From Candidatus Tepidifontimicrobium thermophilum (lineage in GTDB: Bacteria; Sysuimicrobiota; Sysuimicrobiia; Sysuimicrobiales; Sysuimicrobiaceae), in NCBI GenBank assembly GCA_031459915.1, contig JAVKHO010000004.1:64001-128000 (forward strand): DNA of 64,000 bases, in the 5' to 3' direction. The notes under the pieces were generated by a model. The model did not search any database, was not told the DNA's origin, and was given only the letters and a program-made list of their open reading frames with translations. Position numbers and translations under genes: made by a program. This document shows positions 29,036 through 41,266 of this stretch, in pieces. Positions within the stretch are counted from its first letter, which is position 1; each line of letters begins with the position of its first letter.

Positions 29036-29432
29036 CAGCCACCTCCCGGAGGGAGCCGCGCACGAAAACCCCCAGTCCGCTGCACACCACCTCGCCGTCC
29101 CGGACCAGCTCCGCGCGGGTCGTGATGGTCCGGCTGTCCTCCGAGGCGACCCACGCGCGCACCTGTAGCCGCTCGCCCGGGCGGACGGGCCTGCGGAAGC
29201 GTACCTCCATGCGGGCGGTGAGGGCCTGGTACCCCTGCAGGTAGAACACGTTGCCCATGGCGTCGTCCAGTACCGCCGCCAGGATCCCGCCGTGGACGAT
29301 CCCTTCCCAGCCCACGTGCTCCTCCCTGGGGACGAACTCCGCGGTCACCGCCTCGCCGTCCCGGGTGAAGCGCAGCCGCAGCCCCACGGGGTTGTCCGGG
29401 CCGCACACGAAACAGCGGTTCGCCACCGTCAC
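29025..29432 (-). CDS. PaaI/hotdog-fold thioesterase
   Basis: CFVCGPDNPVGL, GIVHGGILAAVLDD. Confidence 0.85.
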   Translation of the reverse strand: MTVANRCFVCGPDNPVGLRLRFTRDGEAVTAEFVPREEHVGWEGIVHGGILAAVLDDAMGNVFYLQGYQALTARMEVRFRRPVRPGERLQVRAWVASEDSRTITTRAELVRDGEVVCSGLGVFVRGSLREVADAR

Positions 29433-29917
29433 TCGCTTCCCGGTCTGCGGTACTCCCCTGAACGACCGCCCGCCTTGTGCTCCAGCCACACGTCGGTGAT
29501 CACCATGTCCCGGTCTGCGGCCTTGCACATGTCGTACACGCACAGGCAGGCGGAGACCACCGCGCACAGCGCCTCCATCTCCACGCCGGTCCGCGCCACG
29601 GCCCGCACCGTGGCGCGGACCTCTACCGCAGGAGGCTCGTCCCGCAGGTGGAACTCCACGTCCACTCCCGAGAGGGGAATCGGGTGGCAGAGGGGCACCA
29701 GCTCCCAGGTGCGCTTGGCGCCCTGGATCGCTGCCAGCTGGGCGCTAGCCAGCACGTCGCCCTTGGCCACCTGTCCGGCCCGGATGAGAGCCAGGGTCTC
29801 GGGCCGCACGCGGACCTCGCCGCGGGCGGTGGCCACCCGCAGGGTCTCCCCCTTTTCAGACACGTCCACCATGCGGGGGCGGCCCGCTGGGTCCAGGTGG
29901 GTGAGGGGCTCGGTCAC
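29429..29917 (-). CDS. moaC: Cyclic pyranopterin monophosphate synthase
   Basis: LTHLD..G.PRMVDVSEK, KGDVL, LVPLCH, TGVEMEAL, YDMCKA. Confidence 0.95.
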   Translation of the reverse strand: MTEPLTHLDPAGRPRMVDVSEKGETLRVATARGEVRVRPETLALIRAGQVAKGDVLASAQLAAIQGAKRTWELVPLCHPIPLSGVDVEFHLRDEPPAVEVRATVRAVARTGVEMEALCAVVSACLCVYDMCKAADRDMVITDVWLEHKAGGRSGEYRRPGSE

Positions 29918-30297
29918 CAGTCCTCCCAGTCCCGGAGGGGGGCGTTCCAGTCCGTGGGCCCCGGAGGTTTGATGGACAGGTGGCAACAGGACCGGCCCTT
30001 GTTGGCGCCATGCCAGTGCCAGGTGCCCGCGGGCACCCACACCACCTCGCCCGCTTGCACCACCCGGCGCTCGGTCTCCGTGGCCACCACGCCCTCGCCC
30101 TCCAGGAACACCAGGACCTGGTCGGTGCTGTGCACGTGCGGCCGGGTGCGGGCGCCCTCCTCGAAGAACACCGCCACCACCTCCACGGCCCCCGGTTGGT
30201 CGGTCCGCCGCAGAGCTTGCATCCACACCGGGCCCGCGAAGTCCTGAGGCCGCTCGGGCGCGCCTGCCTTGCCCCTCTCGGGTTTCAGCAGCAGCAT
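29914..30297 (-). CDS. Cupin domain protein
   Basis: GARTRPHVH..DQ, PAGTWHWHGA. Confidence 0.85.
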   Translation of the reverse strand: MLLLKPERGKAGAPERPQDFAGPVWMQALRRTDQPGAVEVVAVFFEEGARTRPHVHSTDQVLVFLEGEGVVATETERRVVQAGEVVWVPAGTWHWHGANKGRSCCHLSIKPPGPTDWNAPLRDWEDW

Positions 30298-30323
30298 GGT
30301 TCCTCCTTAAAAACTTAAGACTC

Positions 30324-31559
30324 TCAGTCGAACAGGCGGACCTGCACCTGGGTGCCGGCCTCGACCCGGGTCCCCATAGGCACCCGCACGTAGCCGTCCG
30401 CGCGGGTCATGGTGGTGATCATCCCCGACTTGCCCAGGACCGGCTCTGCGGCCAGCACGTCCTCCTGCCAGCGCACCCGGACCCGGACGAACTCGTCCCG
30501 GTCCTGCGGGGCAACCAGCGGCGCCACTAGGTTGGCGGGGACTGTGCGGGGCCCGCGCAGCTCCGGCCGCAGCCCCAGCATGGCCTCCAGCACCGGGCGT
30601 ACGAGGAGATCGAACACCACCATGGCGGAGACGGGGTGTCCCGGCAGCCCCACCACCACCCTCCCGTCGCAGAAGGCCAGGATCGTGGGCTTGCCAGGCT
30701 TGATGGCCACTCCGTGCACCACCACCCCGGGGTCGCCCAGCCGGGGCACCACCTCACCGAGGACATCCAGCGTGCCCACAGAGCTACCTCCTGAAGCCAA
30801 CACCACGTCCGCGGTCCGCATGGCGTCCCGCAGGGCAGCCTCCACGGCGCCTGCCTGGTCGGGCAGGATCCCCCCGAATCTGGGGACCGCGCCCAGCCGG
30901 GCGACCTGCGCGGTGAGCGTGTACGCGTTCATATCCCGGATCTGGCCCGGCCGCGGCTGGTGATCCGGGGGTACGAGCTCGTCGCCCGTGGAGAAGACCG
31001 CCACTCTGGGCGGCAGGTAACAGGGGACGTCCACCACCCCCAGACCCGCCAGCAGGCCCAGCTCCTGCGGGCGCAGGCGCGTGCCCCGGGGGATGACCAC
31101 CTCCCCCCGGCGGGCGTCCTCGCCCTGGTGCAACACGTTCTCGCCCGGAGGCACCGGACGGAGGACGTAAACGGACTCGCCGTCGACGCGCGTGTGCTCC
31201 TGCATGACCACGGCGTCGGCCCCCGCGGGCACCATGCCGCCCGTGGGAACCCGGGCGCACTGGCCGGGTTCTACCCGCACTTCCGTGCGCTCCCCCATGC
31301 GCACCGCTCCCACCAGCTGCAGGCCCACGGGGTCGCGCGGGGATGCGTGCAGCAGGTCCTGCGACCGGACCGCGTAGCCGTCCACGGTCGACCGGTGGAA
31401 GGGCGGCAGGTCCTCCCCGGCCCGGACGTCCGCCGAGCAGACCCGGTCCAGGGCCCGCTCGAGGGGGGCTACCTCCTCCCCCCGTGGCCGTGGCCGCACC
31501 ACGCTGAGGTAGCGGTCCAGGGCCTCCTCCAGCGTGAGGATCTCCCCGAACGCCTTCAC
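30324..31559 (-). CDS. moeA: Molybdopterin molybdotransferase (gephyrin-like)
   Basis: PPFHRSTVDGYAV, TGG..P.GADAVVMQE, STGDEL, SGGSSVG, IKPGKP, GLPGHP. Confidence 0.95.
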   Translation of the reverse strand: MKAFGEILTLEEALDRYLSVVRPRPRGEEVAPLERALDRVCSADVRAGEDLPPFHRSTVDGYAVRSQDLLHASPRDPVGLQLVGAVRMGERTEVRVEPGQCARVPTGGMVPAGADAVVMQEHTRVDGESVYVLRPVPPGENVLHQGEDARRGEVVIPRGTRLRPQELGLLAGLGVVDVPCYLPPRVAVFSTGDELVPPDHQPRPGQIRDMNAYTLTAQVARLGAVPRFGGILPDQAGAVEAALRDAMRTADVVLASGGSSVGTLDVLGEVVPRLGDPGVVVHGVAIKPGKPTILAFCDGRVVVGLPGHPVSAMVVFDLLVRPVLEAMLGLRPELRGPRTVPANLVAPLVAPQDRDEFVRVRVRWQEDVLAAEPVLGKSGMITTMTRADGYVRVPMGTRVEAGTQVQVRLFD

Positions 31560-31598
31560 CCCGACCCCCGCGCTCCTGGCTTCCCGGCAACCCCCGCA

Positions 31599-31946
31599 CT
31601 AGGGGGACGGAGAGGGCGAGGGGAGCAGCTCAATGGGAACCAGGCGCGAGGGCTCCCCCCGGCGCTGTACGATCTCCCACTTCCTGCCGTCGTAGCGGAC
31701 CTTGTCCCCGACCTTCACGTCCTGGTAGAAGGGGTAAGGCACGTAGTACGGGGCCCGGTCCACCACGATCACGTACAGGGTCCCGGCCTCGCTCTCGATG
31801 TACTTGTCCTCCACCCAGCCCAGCACCACCCGGCTCTGAGACTCACAGGAGGGGATGAGGTCGGCGAACACCACGAGCAGCAGCGACGCTACCACCGCCA
31901 AGCCTTTCAAGGTTACCACCTCCAGGTGTCGGACGCCTTCCATCAT
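31599..31946 (-). CDS. Hypothetical small membrane-anchored protein
   Basis: N-terminal hydrophobic segment, then a beta-rich region; plausible coding bias. Confidence 0.6.
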   Translation of the reverse strand: MMEGVRHLEVVTLKGLAVVASLLLVVFADLIPSCESQSRVVLGWVEDKYIESEAGTLYVIVVDRAPYYVPYPFYQDVKVGDKVRYDGRKWEIVQRRGEPSRLVPIELLPSPSPSP

Positions 31947-32016
31947 AGGGTCCGCAGGCCGTGGGCGTCCATCTCACCTGTGCTATGCTGCCCGTAGACC
32001 CATCGTGGAGGTACCC

Positions 32017-33609
32017 ATGAAGCTGGCCGACGCGCGGCCCACTCCGCTACCTTTCCCGGCCCACGGGGCGGTGTACTGGAACCTCACGGTACCCGAGCTG
32101 GTGGAGCACGCCCTCAGGCGCCGGGAGGGGATGCTGGCGGAGGGGGGCGCATTCGTGGCCGTCACCGCGCCCCACACGGGCCGCTCCCCTCAGGACAAGT
32201 TCGTGGTACGGGAGCCGGGGGTCGCAGACCAGATCTGGTGGGGTCCGGTCAACCAGCCCATGGAGCCGGAGGCCTTCGCGTCCCTGCGGGACCACGCCTT
32301 CCGATGGGCGTCTACCCGCGACCTGTACGTGCAGGACGTGGCGGTATGCGCCCACCCCCGGTACCGGGTGTCCGTGAGGGTGATCACCGAGCTCGCATGG
32401 CACAGCCTGTTCAGCCGCCACCTGTTCCTCAGGCCCGAGGGGGTACAGTCCGTCGTCCAGCCACCCGCGTTCACGGTCCTCTGCCTGCCCAGCTGCAAGG
32501 CGGAGCCCTCCCGACACGGCACCCGGTCGGAGACCTTCATCGTCCTCAGCTTCACGCAGGGTCTGGTGCTCATCGGCGGCACCCTGTACGCGGGGGAGAT
32601 CAAGAAGTCGGTGTTCACCCTGATGAACTACCTGCTGCCCCAGCGCGGGGTGGCGTCTATGCACTGCGCGGCCAACGTGGGGCCAGATGGACGGAGCGCG
32701 CTCTTTTTCGGCCTTTCCGGCACCGGCAAGACCAGCCTGTCCACCGACCCCCAGAGGTACCTGGTGGGGGACGACGAACACGGCTGGGCGGACGACGGGA
32801 TCTTCAACCTGGAAGGGGGCTGCTACGCCAAGGTGGTGCGACTTTCACCGGAGGCGGAGCCGGAGATCTACGCCACCACCCGACGGTTCGCCACGGTGCT
32901 GGAGAACGTGGTGGTGGACCCGCTGACCCGGGAGCTGGACCTGCACGACGACCGCGTCACCGAGAACACCCGGGCCGCCTACCCCCTCAGCTACCTGTCC
33001 CAGGTGGTCCCGGACGGCCGCGCTGCGCACCCTACGGACGTGGTGTTCCTGACCGCGGACGCCTTCGGGGTGCTGCCCCCCATCGCCCGTCTGGACTACG
33101 ACCAGGCCCTGTACCACTTCCTGTCCGGTTACACCGCCAAGGTGGCGGGCACGGAGAAAGGGGTGCGGGACCCGCAGGCTACCTTCAGCGCGTGTTTCGG
33201 CGCCCCGTTTCTGCCTCTGCCGCCGGCCCGGTACGCGGAGCTGCTGGGCGACCGCCTGGAGCGGCACCGGGCCCGGGTGTGGCTGGTGAACACCGGCTGG
33301 ACCGCAGGGCCCTTCGGGGTCGGGCACCGGATCCCCATCCAGTACACCCGGGCCATGGTGCGGGCCGCCCTGTCGGGCGCCCTGGACGAGGTGTCGTACT
33401 GGGAGGAGCCGCGCTTCCGGCTCAAGGTCCCCGAGCGGGTGCCAGGCGTGCCCGCGGAGATCCTGGTCCCCCGGAACACCTGGCCGGACCCGCAGGCGTA
33501 CGACGAACAGGCCCGCAGGCTCGCCCGGATGTTCGCGCAGAACTTCGAACGGTTCGCGGGGCAGGTGCCGGTGGAAGTGCGGCGCGCGGGGCCGTTGGTG
33601 GACGGCTGA
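32017..33609 (+). CDS. pckA: Phosphoenolpyruvate carboxykinase (ATP)
   Basis: TGRSPQDK, YAGEIKKS, MHCAAN, FFGLSGTGKT, GDDEHGW, EGGCYAK, NTRAAYP; GGAGG RBS; TGcTATGCT extended -10 at 31981. Confidence 0.96.
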   Translation: MKLADARPTPLPFPAHGAVYWNLTVPELVEHALRRREGMLAEGGAFVAVTAPHTGRSPQDKFVVREPGVADQIWWGPVNQPMEPEAFASLRDHAFRWASTRDLYVQDVAVCAHPRYRVSVRVITELAWHSLFSRHLFLRPEGVQSVVQPPAFTVLCLPSCKAEPSRHGTRSETFIVLSFTQGLVLIGGTLYAGEIKKSVFTLMNYLLPQRGVASMHCAANVGPDGRSALFFGLSGTGKTSLSTDPQRYLVGDDEHGWADDGIFNLEGGCYAKVVRLSPEAEPEIYATTRRFATVLENVVVDPLTRELDLHDDRVTENTRAAYPLSYLSQVVPDGRAAHPTDVVFLTADAFGVLPPIARLDYDQALYHFLSGYTAKVAGTEKGVRDPQATFSACFGAPFLPLPPARYAELLGDRLERHRARVWLVNTGWTAGPFGVGHRIPIQYTRAMVRAALSGALDEVSYWEEPRFRLKVPERVPGVPAEILVPRNTWPDPQAYDEQARRLARMFAQNFERFAGQVPVEVRRAGPLVDG

Positions 33610-33679
33610 GTCCTTTTACCGTCCCGTGACACGCCCCGGGGACGGTGGGGTGGGGCCCAGCAGGCCTCGGGGTGCAGGC

Positions 33680-34408
33680 TTGCAGCAGAAGGTCCTGGTG
33701 GTCGACGACGAGCCCCACATCGTGGAGCTCGTCCGCTACAACCTGGAGCGGGAGGGCTTCCAGGTCAGCGTGGCCTACGACGGCCACGAGGCGCTCCAGC
33801 GGGCGCGCGCGGAGCGGCCGGACCTCATCGTGCTGGACCTGATGCTCCCCTACGTGGACGGCCTGGAGGTGTGCAGGGCCCTCCGTCGGGAGAGTACGGT
33901 CCCCATCCTGATGCTCACCGCCAAGGACGGCGAGCTGGACCGGGTGCTGGGGCTGGAGACCGGCGCGGACGACTACGTCACCAAGCCCTTCAGCCCCCGG
34001 GAGCTGGTGGCCCGCGTGCGGGCGATCCTGCGGCGGGCGCGTCCCGAGTCCGCGGCGGGAGCGGGTCAGCCTCAGCTGGTGGCGGGTGACCTGGTTCTGG
34101 ATCCCAACACCCGCGAGGTCTTCCTGGCGGGCCGTCCTGTAGACCTCACCACGAAGGAGTTCGACCTCCTGCGGCTGCTCATGGCCCACCCGAACCGGGT
34201 GTTCACGCGGGACGCGCTCCTGGAGCACGTGTGGGGCTACGACTACTTAGGGAGTACCCGGACCGTGGACATGCACATCAGCCGGCTCCGGGACAAGATC
34301 GAGGACGACCCCGCCTCGCCCACCTACATCGTCACGGTCCGGGGGGTGGGCTACAAGTTCAAGGTCCCGGAAGCCGGCCGGAAGACTCGGAGGCCCGGCA
34401 CCCGTTGA
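33680..34408 (+). CDS. OmpR/PhoB-family response regulator (PhoP/WalR-like); start approximate
   Basis: VLVVDDE, LDLMLP, GADDYVTKPF, RTVDMHISRLRDKIE, TVRGVGY. Confidence 0.92.
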   Translation: MQQKVLVVDDEPHIVELVRYNLEREGFQVSVAYDGHEALQRARAERPDLIVLDLMLPYVDGLEVCRALRRESTVPILMLTAKDGELDRVLGLETGADDYVTKPFSPRELVARVRAILRRARPESAAGAGQPQLVAGDLVLDPNTREVFLAGRPVDLTTKEFDLLRLLMAHPNRVFTRDALLEHVWGYDYLGSTRTVDMHISRLRDKIEDDPASPTYIVTVRGVGYKFKVPEAGRKTRRPGTR

Positions 34409-36171
34409 GCCTGCAGGCCCGGCTGCTCGGCAGCTACGTGGCGGTGGTGGCGCTGGCGCTGCTGGTGGCCGGGGCCTACGCGGTCCGGCAGATCGAGCAG
34501 CGGTACACCCGCGCGTACGCCCTCAGCCTCGAAGCTCAGGCTCGTGTCATCGCCCAGGCGGTGCGGCCGCACCTGGCCGAGGGCCGCGAGTTCCGGGCTG
34601 TAGAGCAGCTGGCGAAGGTGTACGAGTGGCGTCAGGGCGTGTACGTGGGCATCCGGGACCCCCGAGGCGCCAAGCCGCACCTGGGCGCAGACCAGCCCCC
34701 GCCGCCCCCCGAAGTCCTCCAGGCCCTGCAGGGGCAGGTGGCCACCTCCCAGCGCTGGGACGAATGGACCCAGGAGGTCCGGATCTTCGCAGCCGCCCCC
34801 GTGGTGGACGGCGGCCGTCTGATCGGCGTGGTGCACGTGTCCGCGCCGAGGCTGTGGGTGGAGCGCCAGCTCCAGCAGATCTGGTGGGCTTTCGCGGCCG
34901 CGGGGGCCCTGGCCCTGGCCACCGGGACCTTCCTCGGCCTGCGGATCAGCCGGTCCGTGACCCGGCCTCTCCGGGAGCTGGAGCAGGGCGCCCAGGCCAT
35001 CAGCCGGGGGGAGTACGGCCGGCAGGTCCCCGTCTACGGTGCGGACGAGGTGGGGCGGCTCGCGGAGGCCTTCAACCGCATGGCCCAGCAGCTGGCCCAG
35101 ACCATCGATCGGATCCGGGAAGAACGCAACCGCATGGAGGCAGTCCTCTCTAGCCTGCGGGACGCGGTGGTGGCCGTGGGGCCCGGCGGCGAGGTGCTGC
35201 TGGCGAACCGATCCGCGGAGGAGCTCCTCGGCGTCGGGCCGGAGGCCCTCGGACGGCCCCTGCGGGAGGTGGTGCAGCTTCCCGCCCTGGCCCAGCTGCT
35301 GGAAGCCGCGGCCCGTGGGCAGGAACAGTCAGAGGAGCTGGCGCTGCCCGGCGGCAGGGTGGTGGAGGTGACCTGTAGCCCCATCCGCGGCAACGCCCAG
35401 CCCGCAGGCGCGGTGGCGGTGGTCCGGGACGTCACGGAGCTGCGACGGTCCGAGCGGCTGCGCCGGGAGCTGGTGGCCAACGTGTCCCACGAGCTGCGCA
35501 CGCCCCTCACGTCCATCAAGGGGTTCGCGGAGACCCTCCTGGCGGGAGCCCTTCGCGACGAGCAGAACAGCCGGCGGTTTTTGGAGATCATCGAGGCCGA
35601 GACCAACCGACTCACCAAGCTGGTGGACGACCTGCTGGAGCTCTCGCGGCTGGAGTCTAAAGGGGTCACCTTCCGCCTCCAGCCTGTGGACCTCGGGGAG
35701 CTGTGCCGAGCCCTGGTGGGCCGTCAGCAACCTCGGGCGGAACGTGCAGGGGTGGAGCTCACCTGCTCCGCGGAACCCGGCGCCGTGGTGCTGGCGGACC
35801 CGGACCGTGTAGAGCAGGTGCTCACCAACCTGGTGGACAACGCCCTCAAGTTCACCCCCGAGGGCGGGCGCATCCACGTGCAGGTCGGTCGCCAGGGCTC
35901 GGAGATCTGGGTCTCGGTGGCGGACACCGGCCGGGGCATCCCCCCTGACGACCTGCCGCACGTGTTCGAACGCTTCTACCGCGCGGACCGCTCCCGCACC
36001 CGCACCAGCGGAGGCTCCGGCCTGGGCTTGGCCATCGCCAAGCACCTGGTGGAGATGCAGGGCGGCCGGATCTGGGCGGAGAGCAGGCCCGGTCATGGCA
36101 GCGTCTTCTCCTTCGCCCTCCCCCTGCTCCCCGCAACCGCACACCCTTCCGCCGAACGCAGAGAAGCCTGA
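34405..36171 (+). CDS. Sensor histidine kinase (2TM-HAMP-PAS-HisKA-HATPase, PhoR/WalK-like)
   Basis: DEVGRLAEAFN HAMP, ANVSHELRTPL, NLVDNALKF, DTGRGI, GSGLGLAI. Confidence 0.92.
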   Translation: MSLQARLLGSYVAVVALALLVAGAYAVRQIEQRYTRAYALSLEAQARVIAQAVRPHLAEGREFRAVEQLAKVYEWRQGVYVGIRDPRGAKPHLGADQPPPPPEVLQALQGQVATSQRWDEWTQEVRIFAAAPVVDGGRLIGVVHVSAPRLWVERQLQQIWWAFAAAGALALATGTFLGLRISRSVTRPLRELEQGAQAISRGEYGRQVPVYGADEVGRLAEAFNRMAQQLAQTIDRIREERNRMEAVLSSLRDAVVAVGPGGEVLLANRSAEELLGVGPEALGRPLREVVQLPALAQLLEAAARGQEQSEELALPGGRVVEVTCSPIRGNAQPAGAVAVVRDVTELRRSERLRRELVANVSHELRTPLTSIKGFAETLLAGALRDEQNSRRFLEIIEAETNRLTKLVDDLLELSRLESKGVTFRLQPVDLGELCRALVGRQQPRAERAGVELTCSAEPGAVVLADPDRVEQVLTNLVDNALKFTPEGGRIHVQVGRQGSEIWVSVADTGRGIPPDDLPHVFERFYRADRSRTRTSGGSGLGLAIAKHLVEMQGGRIWAESRPGHGSVFSFALPLLPATAHPSAERREA

Positions 36172-36190
36172 CCGCGGACATCCGATTTTC

Positions 36191-36225
36191 TTGACAGCGA
36201 CTGCAACCGGTGCGACGGTTGCGAC
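36191..36225 (+). promoter_or_regulatory. Putative cox promoter: TTGACA followed by three 9-bp-period TGCRAC direct repeats
   Basis: TTGACA 36191-36196; TGCAAC 36202, TGCGAC 36211, TGCGAC 36220. Confidence 0.5.
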
Positions 36226-36237
36226 GAGCCGGGCGCC

Positions 36238-37383
36238 ATGGCCGACCGCGACGAGTACCTCACGGTGCCGGAAGTCGCCCAGCTGCTCCGGGTGCACCGC
36301 GCCACCGTGTGGCGCTGGATCGTGGCGGGCAAGCTGCCCGCGGTCCGGCTGGGGGACCGGACGCTGCGGGTGCGCGGCGACGACGTGGCGGGTTTGCTGC
36401 GGCCGGCGGCGACGACCAAGCGGGCATCGGGGGTGCCACGGCAGCCGCCCGCAGCGGCGCCAGAGTTCGGATCGTGCTGGGCCGTGCTGTCCGCCACAGG
36501 GGGGAGGGGAGCCGGGATGTACCCGCCCAGGTTCGACTACGCGGTCGCCGCCAGCCTCGACGAAGCTGTCGAACAGCTCGCCCGATACGGGGACGACGCC
36601 AAGGTTCTCGCCGGGGGCCAGAGCCTCATCCCGCTGATGAAACTGCGCTTCGCACAGCCCGCGCGGTTGGTGGACATCAACCGCCTCACGGACCTGAGGT
36701 ACCTGCACGAGGAGGCAGAAGGCCTGCGGGTCGGCGCCCTCTGCCGCCACCGGGACGTCGAACGGTCCGAGTGGCTCCGGGCCCGCTACCCCACCCTCGC
36801 GGCGTGCGCACCGCAGGTGGCGGACCCCCTGGTCCGCAACCTCGGGACGCTGGCGGGCAGCCTCTGCCACGCGGATCCGCAGGGGGACTGGGGAGCGGTG
36901 GCCGTCGCCCTGGAGGCCCAGCTGGTCGCCCGCAGTGCCCGGGGCCAACGGACCCTCCCCGCCACCGGGTTCTTCCTGGGCCCCCTCACTACGGCTCTGC
37001 GGCCCGACGAGCTGGTTACCGAAGTCCGCTTTCCCGCGCCCAAGGGCCATGCCTTCGGCACCTACCTGAAACTGGAGCGCAAGGTCGGGGACTTCGCCAC
37101 CGTGGGGGTGGCGGTGTTCGTAGACCTGCAGGACGGGCGGGTAACCCGCGCGGGCATCGGGTTGGCCGCGGTGGGCCCTACCTACGTGAAGGCCCGCGCC
37201 GCTGAGTCCCTCCTGGTGGGCAACGCCCTGACGGATGCTCTGGTGACGGAGGCAGCCATCAAGGCCGCGGAGGAGGCGGACCCTGCCAGCGACCACCGGG
37301 GCAGCGCCCACTACAAGCGCCAGGTGGTTCGCGTGTTCGTGGGGCGGGCGCTCCGCCAAGCCATGGCCGCACACGCCGCGTGA
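36238..37383 (+). CDS. coxM: CO dehydrogenase medium (FAD) subunit with in-frame N-terminal excisionase-like HTH_17 domain (canonical CoxM start at 36517)
   Basis: [32 protein letters not shown], then [44 protein letters not shown]. Confidence 0.88.
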   Translation: MADRDEYLTVPEVAQLLRVHRATVWRWIVAGKLPAVRLGDRTLRVRGDDVAGLLRPAATTKRASGVPRQPPAAAPEFGSCWAVLSATGGRGAGMYPPRFDYAVAASLDEAVEQLARYGDDAKVLAGGQSLIPLMKLRFAQPARLVDINRLTDLRYLHEEAEGLRVGALCRHRDVERSEWLRARYPTLAACAPQVADPLVRNLGTLAGSLCHADPQGDWGAVAVALEAQLVARSARGQRTLPATGFFLGPLTTALRPDELVTEVRFPAPKGHAFGTYLKLERKVGDFATVGVAVFVDLQDGRVTRAGIGLAAVGPTYVKARAAESLLVGNALTDALVTEAAIKAAEEADPASDHRGSAHYKRQVVRVFVGRALRQAMAAHAA

Positions 37384-37393
37384 GGAGGTTGCC

Positions 37394-37882
37394 ATGGAGC
37401 ACAGGATCACGGTCACCGTGAACGGCGTGCCCTACACCGCAGAGGTCGAGCCCCGCCTTCTGCTGGTCCACTTCCTCCGCGAGACGCTGAACCTCACGGG
37501 CACCCACATCGGCTGCGACACCACATCCTGCGGGGCGTGCGCGGTGCTGCTGGACGGCCTCCCTATCAAGTCCTGCACCTTCCTCGCGGTGCAGGCGGAC
37601 GGCCACAGCGTCACCACGGTGGAGGGACTGGCCCGGGACGGCCACCTGCACCCCATCCAGCAGGGCTTTAAGGAGGAACATGGGCTGCAGTGCGGGTTCT
37701 GCACGCCAGGGATGATGCTGGTGGCGAAAGCCCTGTTGGAGGAGAACCCGGATCCTACAGAGGAGCAGATCCGGTGGGCCATCTCCGGCAACCTGTGCCG
37801 GTGCACGGGCTACCAGAACATCGTGAAGGCCATCCAGTGGGCCGCTCGGCGGCTGCGCGAGCCGGCCCCCGCGGGGAGGTGA
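37394..37882 (+). CDS. coxS: CO dehydrogenase small (2Fe-2S) subunit
   Basis: [27 protein letters not shown]. Confidence 0.93.
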   Translation: MEHRITVTVNGVPYTAEVEPRLLLVHFLRETLNLTGTHIGCDTTSCGACAVLLDGLPIKSCTFLAVQADGHSVTTVEGLARDGHLHPIQQGFKEEHGLQCGFCTPGMMLVAKALLEENPDPTEEQIRWAISGNLCRCTGYQNIVKAIQWAARRLREPAPAGR

Positions 37883-37886
37883 GGGC

Positions 37887-40238
<2,352 letters not shown>

Positions 40239-40240
40239 CC

Positions 40241-41266
40241 ATGCGATGGGAAGTGGAACGCCGCGCGGAGGAGCTGCGCCGGCAGGGCCAGCCCTTCGTG
40301 CTGGCCACGGTGGTGCGGGTCGAAAGGCCCGCGTCCACACGCCCGGGAGACCGGGCCCTGGTGACCCCGGACGGCCGACTGGAGGGATGGGTGGGGGGCG
40401 CCTGCTCCGAGCCCGTGGTCGTGCGCGAGGCCCTGCGGGCCCTGGTGGACCGACAGGCGAGGCTGGTCCGGATCGCGCCTGAAGCGGGCGGCGCCTCGGA
40501 GGGCTGGGTGTCCGCGGTCACCACGTGCCCGTCGGGCGGCACAGTGGAGCTGTTCCTGGAGCCGGTGGAGCCCGACCCGCACCTCGTGGTGTTCGGCGAG
40601 AGCCTCGTGGCCCGGACCCTGGTCCGGCTTGCCAGGACGGTAGGCTACCGTGTCACCTCCGTGGTGGGCGCTGAGAGTGTGGGCGCCGACGCGGACGCTC
40701 TGTTCGTACGAGCCCTTCCGTCCGCAGCCACGTCCAGCGTGGACGGGGCCGTGGTGGCCACCATGGGTCACTGGGACGAAGAGGCGCTCGCCGAGGCGCT
40801 GCGCACGCCCGCGGGGTACGTCGCCCTGGTGGCGAGCCGCCGCCGGGCTTCCTCGGTCCTGAACGAGCTGCGGCGTCGAGGGTTCCGGGAGGAGGACCTG
40901 GCCCGGGTGCGGGCTCCCGCAGGCCTGGACCTGGGGTCCCCTAGCCAGGAGGAGATCGCCCTGGCGGTGCTGGCGGAGTTCACGCAGCTGCGCCGGGCGC
41001 CAACCAGCCGCCCGCACCCCCTTCTACCCGAGGAAGCCACGGACCCCGTGTGCGGGATGACGGTGAGCGTCCGGGGCGCCCTGCACACGTACGCCCACCG
41101 GGGCACCACGTACTATTTCTGTTGCCCCCATTGCCGGGAGCAGTTCGCCCTGGATCCGGACCGCTACCTGGCGCAGCCCGCGGACACGGCTCACACAGGC
41201 GGCTGGAACCGACCGTCCACCGCGGTCCAGCCGCCGTCCACCACCAGCACCGACCCGGTCACGTAG
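40241..41266 (+). CDS. XdhC/CoxF-like Mo-cofactor chaperone with C-terminal YHS domain
   Basis: GWVGGAC, TCPSGG.VELFLEP, PAGLDLG...EEIALAVLAE; DPVCGM...YYFCCPHC...F..DP.RY. Confidence 0.85.
   Translation: MRWEVERRAEELRRQGQPFVLATVVRVERPASTRPGDRALVTPDGRLEGWVGGACSEPVVVREALRALVDRQARLVRIAPEAGGASEGWVSAVTTCPSGGTVELFLEPVEPDPHLVVFGESLVARTLVRLARTVGYRVTSVVGAESVGADADALFVRALPSAATSSVDGAVVATMGHWDEEALAEALRTPAGYVALVASRRRASSVLNELRRRGFREEDLARVRAPAGLDLGSPSQEEIALAVLAEFTQLRRAPTSRPHPLLPEEATDPVCGMTVSVRGALHTYAHRGTTYYFCCPHCREQFALDPDRYLAQPADTAHTGGWNRPSTAVQPPSTTSTDPVT

Noticed and set aside
30307..30318. TTAA...TTAA pair upstream of the cupin at 30297
   Set aside because: The period is 8 bp rather than 11, so it does not match the island box.
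36238..36420. Excisionase-like HTH as evidence of a prophage or ICE
   Set aside because: No phage or integrase genes are nearby; it is better explained as a regulator domain attached to coxM.
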